DNA of 64,000 bases from a virus (lineage: Duplodnaviria > Caudoviricetes), in the IMG/VR virus record IMGVR_UViG_3300009185_000001, positions 64,001 to 128,000 of that record. One strand, given 5' to 3'. Below the pieces are notes generated by a model that worked only from the letters and a program-made list of their open reading frames with translations, made no database searches and had not been told where the DNA came from. The position numbers and the translations under genes were made by a program. Of this stretch, positions 8,623 to 18,516 are shown in pieces. Every line of letters begins with the position of its first letter. The first letter of the stretch is position 1.

Positions 8623-10334
8623 TTATGGCTGATTCTGTACCATCAAATGACACTGCTAATGGAGCTAATACTGATAGTAGATTTTTACTTCAGATTAGGG
8701 ATCAATTATTTCACATAGAAGTGTGGATGTATAATCAAGTTGATGATAAAACCTTTAAACCATTTCCGATACCAACATATTTTATAGAAGGATTGGCTAT
8801 TGAAGAAAGTTTGATGAATTGGAATCAAAAGGGATGGATTGTATTGAATAATGATTTTGAAGTGTTTGAGCGCGGGGCATTGTCTACTGAATATAGACTC
8901 AAAGCTGGATCTAATACAGAATATGAAGGTGCTAATCAAATTCCTTCGCCCTTTACATTTAGAACCGATGGAAGAAATAAAATATCCTTAAGAATATTTC
9001 CAATAACCAAGTCTGATAATTCTGCAAATATTTCAGATTTGCCTTCGGAACAATGGGAAATGCGATACGACCTTGTTATATATGATATTGAAGATTTAAA
9101 AACTAATTCGGCTGCTAAAAAACTTAGAAAATTTTACTTTTGGGATGAAAGGTTTCAAATTTTTACGGAAAGAAATATTGAATGGTCTACTTCTTTATAT
9201 GGTAAGAGCAATGGAAATATAAATGCAAAAGATAGTGAAAGAATTATGCCTGTAAGTGAAGCCATAAAATCTATAATAAAAACAGCAGCTTCAAATACAT
9301 CTGATCCTAGAAGTTCATCCGATATAAAAGTTGGTAATACCGATGGACCAAAAGAAATAGCAAATCCTAACATTCCTTTAGATAATTTTGATTTAAAAAA
9401 TTGGGACGCAGGTTCTAATGATAGTTCGATTTTTTATACTTCACCCGCCAATAATTGTGTATTGGAAGATTTACAATATGTTTCTCAAAATTTAAAAGCT
9501 TCTGATGGTAGTTGTTTGTTTTTATTATTAGATAGATATACAAAACAATGGTCATTAATTCCTATAACTAAGTTTTTTAATGAAGCGGCCAAGAATCAAA
9601 TCGAAAGGCTTGTTATACAAGATAATCAAAGTCCGAGCCAAAGTTCAGAGGGAGGTTCTACTCCATATATGGGAAGAGCACCTTTTGATTCTAATGAAAA
9701 CTCTCCAATTAAAAACTTTCAATCTAATATAGCATCTAAAATATTAACCTATAAATTTGCTCCTATGGTAGCCAGTGATGATATTAGAATTACTAATGCT
9801 CCGGTTCATAATTATGATTTTTCAAATAATCAATATAATGTAAATTTTGAAGAAAACACTGCTGAAAAGTTTTTACAGAACATGAAAACATTTGCAGGTT
9901 CAAATAATTCAGAAGGAGGACTTTATTCTTTTAAACAAAGCAAAACACTTCTTTTAAATATAAATCAAACCAAAACAAGTGGCTTAATGGCATCCAATAA
10001 TTTTATTTCTCGTAGATTTTTTCCAAAAGACATATCCGCCGTTTCAATGATAAAGGATTTTTTGTTTTTAAATCAAGCATTATACTTTTCGGCACCTGGA
10101 TTAACATTTAGAACACCGGGAAAATTTGTTTTTATTGATCGAGATGCTTCTACTGGTGAAAAAAATCCCTTTGATGATAGATTTTTAGGACAATGGATGT
10201 TAATAAGAGTTGTTCACATGTTTACTAAAAGTGAATATGTAACCGACATTGTTGCAACAAAGATAGACACTTTCACTCCATGGTGGAAAGAACTAGACAA
10301 AGATAATCAAAAAGAAAATGGTGGTAAATACTAA
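8616..10334 (+). CDS. Baseplate hub protein (gp27-like)
   Basis: C-terminal APGLTFRTPGKFVFIDR...GQWMLIRVVHMF...YVTDIVATK typical of gp27/VgrG-N hub folds. Confidence 0.55.
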   Translation: MLIMADSVPSNDTANGANTDSRFLLQIRDQLFHIEVWMYNQVDDKTFKPFPIPTYFIEGLAIEESLMNWNQKGWIVLNNDFEVFERGALSTEYRLKAGSNTEYEGANQIPSPFTFRTDGRNKISLRIFPITKSDNSANISDLPSEQWEMRYDLVIYDIEDLKTNSAAKKLRKFYFWDERFQIFTERNIEWSTSLYGKSNGNINAKDSERIMPVSEAIKSIIKTAASNTSDPRSSSDIKVGNTDGPKEIANPNIPLDNFDLKNWDAGSNDSSIFYTSPANNCVLEDLQYVSQNLKASDGSCLFLLLDRYTKQWSLIPITKFFNEAAKNQIERLVIQDNQSPSQSSEGGSTPYMGRAPFDSNENSPIKNFQSNIASKILTYKFAPMVASDDIRITNAPVHNYDFSNNQYNVNFEENTAEKFLQNMKTFAGSNNSEGGLYSFKQSKTLLLNINQTKTSGLMASNNFISRRFFPKDISAVSMIKDFLFLNQALYFSAPGLTFRTPGKFVFIDRDASTGEKNPFDDRFLGQWMLIRVVHMFTKSEYVTDIVATKIDTFTPWWKELDKDNQKENGGKY

Positions 10335-10335
10335 T

Positions 10336-10647
10336 ATGGACAAAAATTCATTGATAAGAAGTCTACAAAGCAATAGGATACAGCAGCTACAATCATCAAA
10401 TAAGCCGCAAATGCCTTCAGCAACCAAGATGGCAGTTAACCTAGGCAAAAGCATAGTTAATAATGCAGCAAGTGTAATGGCAGGAAACGCATTAAAAACC
10501 GATTCTGAACAAGCAACTTCACGCTTATCCATATGTAGAGGGTGTGAATTCTTTGATTCTGGCTCTGAAAGATGCGGAAAATGTGGCTGTAATATGGCAG
10601 TTAAGACCTATCTAAGGGCTGAGAAATGCCCGATTGGTAAATGGTAA
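10336..10647 (+). CDS. Small Cys-rich protein (DUF6171-like)
   Basis: RLSICRGCEFF...RCGKCGC...KCPIGKW; ATG at 10336 avoids overlap with the upstream gene. Confidence 0.55.
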   Translation: MDKNSLIRSLQSNRIQQLQSSNKPQMPSATKMAVNLGKSIVNNAASVMAGNALKTDSEQATSRLSICRGCEFFDSGSERCGKCGCNMAVKTYLRAEKCPIGKW

Positions 10648-11218
10648 TAATTTTATCCACATAATCTTGTATAAAATCAGCATAATCATCTGCTTTATAA
10701 AAATTTTGTATTTCTATAACCACATCAGCTGCTTTTTTTAGAGAAATATTGTTATTTTTTTCAAATTTATTAGCAGGAGGAATGTCATCTCGTTCCAAAA
10801 ATACTAAAATTCCTTTTTTTTCTTCTTTCAACCAATATAGTTCGTCTCTTTCATACTCATTATATCGAATATCTGGTATAATTGGAATAAAATTCTTACC
10901 AAATTGTTTACTTTTGTTCAAAATTTCAATAAAATACCTACCTTTTGTCTGATTTCTCATGTATCTACCATATTCAACCATCAGAGGACGAACACTTTCC
11001 TTTTGCAGAGGATCATTTATGTCTATATCAGCATCTATCTTGCTAAAAATCATTTCTTGTAGATCTTTTCTAATAATATCACCTGCAATTGAACATCTTT
11101 TGGCTTTTGTATTGTATAAAAGAGCAAAATTGTAAATAAGATATGAGCATAGAGTATCTTTTCCAGATAATGCAGCACCAGCTATTCCAATCGGCGGGTA
11201 AATTATGGTTTTTGACAT
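10601..11218 (-). CDS. Deoxynucleoside monophosphate kinase (T4 gp1-like)
   Basis: IGIAGAALSGKDT P-loop; LMVEYGRYMR; IIPDIRYNEY. Confidence 0.75.
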   Translation of the reverse strand: MSKTIIYPPIGIAGAALSGKDTLCSYLIYNFALLYNTKAKRCSIAGDIIRKDLQEMIFSKIDADIDINDPLQKESVRPLMVEYGRYMRNQTKGRYFIEILNKSKQFGKNFIPIIPDIRYNEYERDELYWLKEEKKGILVFLERDDIPPANKFEKNNNISLKKAADVVIEIQNFYKADDYADFIQDYVDKIITIYQSGISQPLDRS

Positions 11219-11242
11219 AAGTTATTATAGTAACATTTTATT

Positions 11243-12622
11243 ATGGCAGATGCAACAACAAATTCAAAAGAAATAAATCCAGTAGCACAATCTGTATTGA
11301 ATTTTTCTTCTACAATAACAAATATACTTTCTTCTGCAAAGAATTCAATCGTTAATTTGTTAGACAATGCTACTGAAGGAGTCACTATAGCTTCATTAGA
11401 ACTTCAAACGGGTCTCGGATTTGGTTCTGATGGGGTTTTATATAAGATAAAACATAGTTGTTTGCCTAATGAAAACCTTTATGCCGCTCTTCTTTTTATT
11501 TTAATAAAGGGATATGATGCTATCGGAGCACAATTTACGTTTACTGGATCAGATCCAGTAGCAATAACCCCTGATCTTTATAAATGGTTTGTTACTTGTT
11601 ACATAAAGGACAATGGATTTGAGGAAAATTTAAAAAATACTCCTGCGGGTAAGAAAGAACAGCTTCAAGATATAGGTTCGGATGGGTCTTTTACTCGATA
11701 TTCTGCTAATAATGCGGTAAACATAATGACCGGACCGGGTATTAACACTCCCTGTTTGGCTACGGATCTTTTAAATAAAATACATCCGGGTATGGTGGAT
11801 GATATTGAAAACTTTTGTAATGTCATAAGAACTCGTTCCTATCTTTCTCTTCCTTCGGATTCATTCGGTGGTTTAAATCAGGCCATGTGGTTTATAACTG
11901 GTGCTGTAACTGCATTATATCAGGGATTAGTTGAAATATATCAAGGAATGGTTCTTCTGATACAGCAGGTATATACATGGTTGAACAATATATATAGAAT
12001 GATTCAACAATTTATTACAAGTGTTATTGAACAAATAATTCCTTTAGATTTAATATGTTTAATACTTGATGCTGCACAGACAATTTTGGATGACGTTGCA
12101 TTCTTTGCTCAATTATTTAATGGTTCTGATAACCTATTTCAGACGTTAAATGCAATTCAAACCGTAGTTAACTATGCTTCATTCGGAGTTAACTTTGCAT
12201 ATGATCCATTAGGAGGATTGGCTTCTCTATTTCCTAAAGAAACACAAAGAGTTTATGACTTTATACGAAATATTGAAAACTTACCTCAAACATTTTTAGG
12301 AAAGCTTTATCAGAACATAGGATTTGGTGCGGTTTCTAACAATGAAGCACTTGCTATTGCAAATACAATAGTTCAAAGATATGGATTAGGTTCTTCTCTT
12401 GGACCATTGAATGATGTTTTATCCTCGGCGGGTACTGTTGGTAATAGAAGTAAGTGGTATAAAACATCTAATACAGGTGTTAATATAGGAAGTCCTAATT
12501 TATATTCATATTCTATACCAAATATATCAGGAAACTTGCCTCCGTTGAATATAAATCTGCAACCATTCGGATGGGTTGGTACAACAATAGAAAGTTTTAC
12601 TCCACCTCCTCCCGTAGAATAA
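11243..12622 (+). CDS. Hypothetical protein, probably virion/baseplate associated
   Basis: 459-aa ORF co-oriented with and abutting the gp5-like gene; helical and hydrophobic mid-section; no motif recognised. Confidence 0.4.
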   Translation: MADATTNSKEINPVAQSVLNFSSTITNILSSAKNSIVNLLDNATEGVTIASLELQTGLGFGSDGVLYKIKHSCLPNENLYAALLFILIKGYDAIGAQFTFTGSDPVAITPDLYKWFVTCYIKDNGFEENLKNTPAGKKEQLQDIGSDGSFTRYSANNAVNIMTGPGINTPCLATDLLNKIHPGMVDDIENFCNVIRTRSYLSLPSDSFGGLNQAMWFITGAVTALYQGLVEIYQGMVLLIQQVYTWLNNIYRMIQQFITSVIEQIIPLDLICLILDAAQTILDDVAFFAQLFNGSDNLFQTLNAIQTVVNYASFGVNFAYDPLGGLASLFPKETQRVYDFIRNIENLPQTFLGKLYQNIGFGAVSNNEALAIANTIVQRYGLGSSLGPLNDVLSSAGTVGNRSKWYKTSNTGVNIGSPNLYSYSIPNISGNLPPLNINLQPFGWVGTTIESFTPPPPVE

Positions 12623-12623
12623 T

Positions 12624-13754
12624 ATGGAACCTGTTTTTGGAAATCATTTAGGAATGGTCATTAATAATAATGATCCAGAAGGAAGAAAAAGAGTTCAAGT
12701 TTTTATTCCATATCTTACAAATACTTTATTTGCTGATTGGAATAATAAATTAAAAGATGTAACTTTTAGAACTACTGTAGATTTACAAAAATATGGTGTT
12801 TTAGATAGATTAAAACAAACTCTTCCATGGGCAGAATATGCGGCTCCAATATTTGGCGGTGCAACATCAGTAACTTCTAATTCTTCTACCGGAAAGGTTC
12901 AAGTAAATAATACCGGAACTCCAACATTTGCAGGTTTTGATGCAATGGGAGGAGTGTCGATGGTAGATACTAATTCAACTGCTTTATTGACATCAAATAA
13001 TAGTGGAAATTTGCCTCCCACAGCCGCATCTCCTTCAACTTCACAGCCAAGTTCTTTAGCTTCTGCGAAGAATAATGTGTATTTTAGAAGTAATGTTAAT
13101 AATGTTACATTAAACATAGATACGGATGGAATTGGTTCTCCTACATTTAATGATTCTACCAGACAAAACCAAACATCTGTGCAAGGATTAAATGCAAATA
13201 CTCAAAGTTTTTTTGTATTACCAAATAAACCAGAATATTATAAATATAAAGGCAAGGCTATTTATGCTAAAAATAATACAACAGGAAAAAGTATAATGGG
13301 AATTGTCGGTGATTTTGGACCTACAACTAAGGGATTTGGGGAAATGTCATTATATGCGGCTAACGAACTTGGAGTGTGGCAGGAGGGACTTGGGAATGCA
13401 GCCAATACAAGCCAAGATGTTGAATTTTTAGTTTTGGGCGACAGCCCAACATTTGGTTCTAATTTTAATCCAGAAGATCTTCAAAAAATTGCAGATTCTA
13501 ATAATTTACAATCAACACAATTGGCTTCATTAGGAAATTCTAATCAACAATCAACCTTTTCTCCAATAGATTCTCAGAATGATCCTAAAAACGGACAAGC
13601 TGCGAGAAACAATAATGCAGATACTTCCGCTTCTGGATCTCCTAATGGAACCGTTTCGGTTCCGAATGAAAGTGCAAAGGTTTGGGTTTTCTTTTATGGT
13701 GGAGATATACAAAGACCTGTTTATTTCGCATCTGCTATTGAAGGTTCAACATAA
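12624..13754 (+). CDS. gp5: gp5-like baseplate spike N-terminal OB-fold with an inserted GH75 chitosanase-like domain
   Basis: OB fold split into GMVINNNDPEGRKRVQV...LPWAE and VPNESAKVWVFFYGGDIQRPVYF; the insert carries DTDG, FFVLP, GDFGP, GEMS. Confidence 0.7.
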   Translation: MEPVFGNHLGMVINNNDPEGRKRVQVFIPYLTNTLFADWNNKLKDVTFRTTVDLQKYGVLDRLKQTLPWAEYAAPIFGGATSVTSNSSTGKVQVNNTGTPTFAGFDAMGGVSMVDTNSTALLTSNNSGNLPPTAASPSTSQPSSLASAKNNVYFRSNVNNVTLNIDTDGIGSPTFNDSTRQNQTSVQGLNANTQSFFVLPNKPEYYKYKGKAIYAKNNTTGKSIMGIVGDFGPTTKGFGEMSLYAANELGVWQEGLGNAANTSQDVEFLVLGDSPTFGSNFNPEDLQKIADSNNLQSTQLASLGNSNQQSTFSPIDSQNDPKNGQAARNNNADTSASGSPNGTVSVPNESAKVWVFFYGGDIQRPVYFASAIEGST

Positions 13755-13778
13755 ACAAATAAATACGTTTATAAAAAT

Positions 13779-15776
13779 ATGGCAAAACTACCTAATCCTC
13801 TTTTAGACGAAAAAAATGAAATAGAAGGTCATTCAATTTTTACAAAAATTGGTGGATTGCTTTTTAGAGTTTATAAAACTTTTGATAAAAAAAAATCAAA
13901 TGTTGTTAGAGATGATTCATATATAGAATTATCAAATAACGAAAAGGCTCAGTCTAAAATAAGAATATCTTCGGGTGGTCATATTTTAATAAATGCTGCG
14001 GAAAATTTAACATTAGGCTCTAGTAAACATTTTAATCTCAGTATTAAAGGAGATAAACAAGAGGTTGTTTCCGGTTCTAGTACATCATATGCAAAAGGCG
14101 ATGTAAAAAATATAAAAGGAAAACAGGGAGATTCTGAAGTTGAAGCCGCAAAAAAACTTCAAGAAGCAACTGCTAAAATACAAGAAGCAAGACTAGCTGC
14201 AATGGATAAAAAGGGAGAAATGGTTGCATGTCCTGTTTGCAATGTTACTCACTTGGTTGATAACCATAGTTCTGTAGTTCAAAATTTATTTACGTGTATT
14301 AGAAAATATGTAATACCGTATTTTTGCTTTCCTTTAGATGTAGTTGAATTTTTAGCAAAAACATTAATATCTCCTATATTAACTCCTAAAAAAAACTTAG
14401 CACTTACAGGATCGAGTGGCTGTGGAAGTCCTGCTTGTAAGGGAGGGCAGATAGAATCGCCTGTAGCAGCAACCAAGGCTGCTGATAAGGCAACTGCACA
14501 GGCAATAAAAGATAATTCAGAGAATATTTCAAAATATTCAAAACAATTAGGTTCTGGTGGTGCAGAAATTGTTCCATATAAAACAGATGTTGTTTTTAAA
14601 TCAGGATTAAAGAAAAATACTGTTCCTGCCTATAAGAAAAAAGGACATAATGTATTTGGATTGTATTTTATGCCTGGAAAAAACGGCAATGGCCATGTTT
14701 TGGCTATGGGAAGTAAGGGTAGTTGCGAAAAGGTTGTATTCTGTCCTCCGCAAAGAACACATGGTAGCGTAATGTTTGATGTTGCAAATAATTTTACAAT
14801 TAACGCAGGATCACCCGGTGTTGATATTCAAACTTCTGGAAGATTTAATGTAATGGCAGGTGATATGGTTTTAAATGCCAACGAAGGAGAAGCTGTTTTT
14901 GGTTCTGCTAATGTTACTACAATTAAAGGTAAGAACATAATCATGGATGCTAATGATATGAGTGGTGATAGTGGATTTGTTGTGCAATCTCAACACACAA
15001 TGGTTAATGGCTCATTTAACGTCAGAGGAGATGCCGCATTCAAAGGACATGTAACAATGGATGGTGCTTTATCATGCCCATATTTAATTGTTCCTAGTAT
15101 GAGAACAGAAACTACAGCAGGATCTCCTTCTAAATTTAAAATAGAAGGTCCAAATTGGGTTGGAAGTGCTGCTACACTTTCAATTGGAAATCTAGTAAAA
15201 GATATTGTATTTAGATATGTAATGTCTGGTTATATAATGACACCATCTGGAATATATTCTTTAATTTGTGAAATTTATGATACTATAATGATGTCAATGA
15301 CAATAGAATTGACGCAGACTGGAATAGGAATTGGTTTGTATTATGTTGCTGTTTTTAATTTTAAACACAATCATACAAGAGTTGGAGAAGACCATAGCCA
15401 TAGCACAACAGTTCCAAAAGCAAGTTTCTGGAATGACAGAAAGGCATGGGGGCAGGAAAGAATGGGTGGAAGTTCTATTCCCACTCCTAGTCCAGTACAC
15501 GGAGATACCTCCTCACCGGGTCCTAAATCAAAAGCTGGTGGTTGCGGTGGTGGTGGGTTATATACTAAAAATAGAAACGAAAAATATGGATTAAATGCGT
15601 TAGATCCTTACAGTGGATTGAATTATATTCCATACAATATCAAAAGAGATTCCGGTGGAAATTTAATTCCCCCACCACAATTTAGTGTAGTCTACGGAGA
15701 TACTACAACAACACCTATAACAGGAAATTATACAATCCCTGCAAATACATTACCAGCATCTGCACTAAATTGTTAG
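13779..15776 (+). CDS. gp5 C-terminal-like beta-helical spike protein
   Basis: ISSGGHILINAAENLTLGSSKHFNLSIKGDKQEVVSG-type beta-helix repeats; CxxC motifs; HNH/HSH motifs near the C-terminus. Confidence 0.55.
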   Translation: MAKLPNPLLDEKNEIEGHSIFTKIGGLLFRVYKTFDKKKSNVVRDDSYIELSNNEKAQSKIRISSGGHILINAAENLTLGSSKHFNLSIKGDKQEVVSGSSTSYAKGDVKNIKGKQGDSEVEAAKKLQEATAKIQEARLAAMDKKGEMVACPVCNVTHLVDNHSSVVQNLFTCIRKYVIPYFCFPLDVVEFLAKTLISPILTPKKNLALTGSSGCGSPACKGGQIESPVAATKAADKATAQAIKDNSENISKYSKQLGSGGAEIVPYKTDVVFKSGLKKNTVPAYKKKGHNVFGLYFMPGKNGNGHVLAMGSKGSCEKVVFCPPQRTHGSVMFDVANNFTINAGSPGVDIQTSGRFNVMAGDMVLNANEGEAVFGSANVTTIKGKNIIMDANDMSGDSGFVVQSQHTMVNGSFNVRGDAAFKGHVTMDGALSCPYLIVPSMRTETTAGSPSKFKIEGPNWVGSAATLSIGNLVKDIVFRYVMSGYIMTPSGIYSLICEIYDTIMMSMTIELTQTGIGIGLYYVAVFNFKHNHTRVGEDHSHSTTVPKASFWNDRKAWGQERMGGSSIPTPSPVHGDTSSPGPKSKAGGCGGGGLYTKNRNEKYGLNALDPYSGLNYIPYNIKRDSGGNLIPPPQFSVVYGDTTTTPITGNYTIPANTLPASALNC

Positions 15777-16523
15777 GCGAGTATTATATAGGGGAATTTC
15801 TGCTTGCAATGCTTCTAATATAGCAGAGTCTGTTGCATCTTTTTGTGCTATGTATATAATAGGCGTTTTGAATAAAATAGATAAATCAGTTCTATCATCG
15901 TAATGATATTTTATATATTTTGTTTCATTTCCTTTTCTTAATCTCAAAAAAACAAAATATGGAAATTTATCAATTTGACAAATTTCAACTATAAATCCAT
16001 TCTTAATGTAATTATCATTTATATAATCATAAAATGATTGAACGTCTTCTATCTTTTTTGTATTATATTTCGTAAATACAAAGTCTATAACTTCCTGTGG
16101 ATTTATTATGTCTAATGTTGTACCCACCGGACATGTGGTTTCTAATTGTTTAATAGGAACGCCATCGGCATCGCAAATATAATTTTCTATAACCTGACAT
16201 CCACCTGCCTGTGCTACTTCTGTATACAATAAAATTCTAGGAAGAAAAGTTTCCAATGCAGCGGAAACCATATGTCCTAATGAATATCTATAATCTCCAA
16301 CTCCACTCAATAATGAAAAGTCCGGAATAGTTTGAAGATAATCAAATTCTTTATATGGAGTTCCATCTTCATTGACATATCCGTTAGGGGTTTTAATTGG
16401 TTTTAAAACGGGATCAAAGTCTTCTATTCCTGCGGTTTTAACAATTTCATTAAGCCAAGTCCTGTATCCACCAGTTGCGGTTGCACTTGGAAATAAATTT
16501 AAATTTACAAAGCTATTAGACAT
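15765..16523 (-). CDS. Hypothetical protein
   Basis: 252-aa ORF filling the gap between modules; no recognised motif. Confidence 0.5.
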   Translation of the reverse strand: MSNSFVNLNLFPSATATGGYRTWLNEIVKTAGIEDFDPVLKPIKTPNGYVNEDGTPYKEFDYLQTIPDFSLLSGVGDYRYSLGHMVSAALETFLPRILLYTEVAQAGGCQVIENYICDADGVPIKQLETTCPVGTTLDIINPQEVIDFVFTKYNTKKIEDVQSFYDYINDNYIKNGFIVEICQIDKFPYFVFLRLRKGNETKYIKYHYDDRTDLSILFKTPIIYIAQKDATDSAILEALQAEIPLYNTRLTI

Positions 16524-16529
16524 AATATA

Positions 16530-16934
16530 TTAATCATCGTATCCTTCATCATCTAAAAAATTTTCATGCTGTTGTCTTAAAAATATAGTTTTTAAGAAAT
16601 CCATTATAGCATCTCGATCCTTTGGGGTTTTGAATTGTTGAACAATTACTCGTTCTCCTTCTAAATTGTATCCAAACAATATATAAGCATCAAGATACTC
16701 TGTTATAATGTCTCTAAGAATGCTCAGATCTCTTACTATTAAATTTTTATCTTTAATATTTTTCTTGAGAAAATTATCGAGAGCCTTTTGAAGCTCTACA
16801 TCATTCATAGAAGAAAAAACTACATCTCTTACATTTTTAATGCAAGCATCATTATGCTCTACACTTGATGTAGAGGATAATGATGGGATTACGGTTTCTT
16901 GTTTTTTACGTGAGGGTTTTTTACGCTCCCGCAT
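16530..16934 (-). CDS. Hypothetical protein
   Basis: ATG at 16934 (MRERKKPS) preferred because the longer track call overlaps the upstream gene by about 150 nt. Confidence 0.5.
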   Translation of the reverse strand: MRERKKPSRKKQETVIPSLSSTSSVEHNDACIKNVRDVVFSSMNDVELQKALDNFLKKNIKDKNLIVRDLSILRDIITEYLDAYILFGYNLEGERVIVQQFKTPKDRDAIMDFLKTIFLRQQHENFLDDEGYDD

Positions 16935-17244
16935 AGGTTGAGGATTTGTTGTTGATATTAAATTTAACAAGATATTCAACGATAACCTCAATGGAGCTTG
17001 TTTTAATTTTAAATCGCTCTGGAATGAACTGTCCTCCATCATGCATTTCAAAATATTCTTCGCCCAAATCATTATGATTATTATAGCAAGTTACTAATAT
17101 GGAAGCCACATTAGGATCTACGATTGCCGTCCAACTACGTGGATCGGAATCTGCATAATCGTTGAATAGTTTATCTACTACATATCCACTGTCACGAAGA
17201 CGCTTAATGAAGTAGCTGCATGTTGTTACTCTGTTTTTTGACAT
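16921..17244 (-). CDS. Hypothetical protein
   Basis: 107-aa ORF in operon-like packing; TAAATA at 17256-17261 on the - strand. Confidence 0.55.
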   Translation of the reverse strand: MSKNRVTTCSYFIKRLRDSGYVVDKLFNDYADSDPRSWTAIVDPNVASILVTCYNNHNDLGEEYFEMHDGGQFIPERFKIKTSSIEVIVEYLVKFNINNKSSTYAGA

Positions 17245-17272
17245 AAGATTAATATTATTTATTTTTTAGTTA

Positions 17273-18022
17273 TTATTTTACAAGGGCTGATACGATATAT
17301 TTTAATTCTACATCGTTATCATCTTTATTTTGAAAGACAAATACTTTGTATTCATTGTTAATTTTTATTTTAACATCAGTTCTGCATGTTGCAAGATTTT
17401 TAAAAACTTCAGTATTTATAGGAATTGGTTCTATAACTTCTACTCCACTAAAAGTATTAGAAACCTTTAATGTTATGTTATCTACATTTGATAATGTTTT
17501 ATCATTAATCTCTGCATACATACCATCATCTTTGCTATAAAAGTATATCTTTGTTGTATCAGAAGCAAATGCATATCCCGCCATTATCTGTTTTATTTTA
17601 TTGCTAGACACTAAAAACTCTGTGTCAAAATTCAATTTAGAAATCTTATTGATATTGATAGGACATTCTCTGATGACACTATCATCTACCAAATGATATT
17701 TAAAATGAGTATTTTCCCCATCCAAAGTATTAGAACATTTTATGTTATTTTCCGTATTTTCTATTGAAAATTCTCCATCGCTCCCCAAACAATCCAATCC
17801 ACACAAAAGTTTTTTTACGCTTATTAAATTCAACCTAACAGGATTCTCAACATCATTAGGAAGTTTTACTCTAGCATATAAGACAACAGTACTGTCCGGT
17901 GAAGAACATATTGTATATAAACCTTGATTATCGGTTTTTAAAATACAACTTTCTGTTAATCTATTTACAGGTTTTAATAGTCGTTCTAAAAAAGCTTTTG
18001 GGATTGGTATTAATTTAGACAT
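17273..18022 (-). CDS. gp45: Sliding clamp (gp45-like)
   Basis: 249 aa with alternating beta/alpha clamp-like pattern (FKYHLVDDSVIRECP, LNFDTEFLVSSNKIKQI, LKYIVSAL); near gp32. Confidence 0.55.
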   Translation of the reverse strand: MSKLIPIPKAFLERLLKPVNRLTESCILKTDNQGLYTICSSPDSTVVLYARVKLPNDVENPVRLNLISVKKLLCGLDCLGSDGEFSIENTENNIKCSNTLDGENTHFKYHLVDDSVIRECPININKISKLNFDTEFLVSSNKIKQIMAGYAFASDTTKIYFYSKDDGMYAEINDKTLSNVDNITLKVSNTFSGVEVIEPIPINTEVFKNLATCRTDVKIKINNEYKVFVFQNKDDNDVELKYIVSALVK

Positions 18023-18515
18023 TAGTTTCTTTTTCTTTTAAAAGAGTAAACATCTTTGCCAAGGTTTTGTCAATATTTTTCAATGAATTTTTAATAGAAC
18101 CAACATCTTCTTTACGCAAAGAATATCCATCAAAGACACTTGAGGGTTCATATTGTTGCTGTTGTTGCGTATTTCTAATCGGTTCCGGTGTATGAATTGT
18201 CAAATTAGCTACTTGCGGCAGTAATGGTGCTGCATTTGGTTGTGGTTGACTCATTACAGGATCTGTAACAGATCTCAGTGCCAATTCATTGAGACCTTCA
18301 TATGCCTTTACCATTTCAGGAGAAGCTGATCGTGGATCGATAAAGGTCTGTGAATGTGTTTGCTTGCCCAACAATGGAGCAACAAAGTTCTCCATGTTAA
18401 TTTTATTTGCTGGATTATTAGAACGCTCTGTTGTCAGTTGGTCCACACCAATAAGGTGTGAACCAACCATACGTGCGAGCATTGCGGCTTCAATGACTTC
18501 TTCTCGGTTTTGCAT
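18015..18515 (-). CDS. Hypothetical protein
   Basis: 166-aa ORF abutting gp32 and the clamp; Gln/Pro-rich linker. Confidence 0.5.
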   Translation of the reverse strand: MQNREEVIEAAMLARMVGSHLIGVDQLTTERSNNPANKINMENFVAPLLGKQTHSQTFIDPRSASPEMVKAYEGLNELALRSVTDPVMSQPQPNAAPLLPQVANLTIHTPEPIRNTQQQQQYEPSSVFDGYSLRKEDVGSIKNSLKNIDKTLAKMFTLLKEKETNV

Positions 18516-18516
18516 A

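Noticed and set aside
16935-17072. Track's longer N-terminus for the 16530 ORF (also the 20382-20492 and 58188-58208 extensions)
   Set aside because: The first two overlap upstream genes and have downstream ATGs that give compact or ATGA-coupled junctions. For 58188 the second ATG (58209) was preferred, with less certainty.
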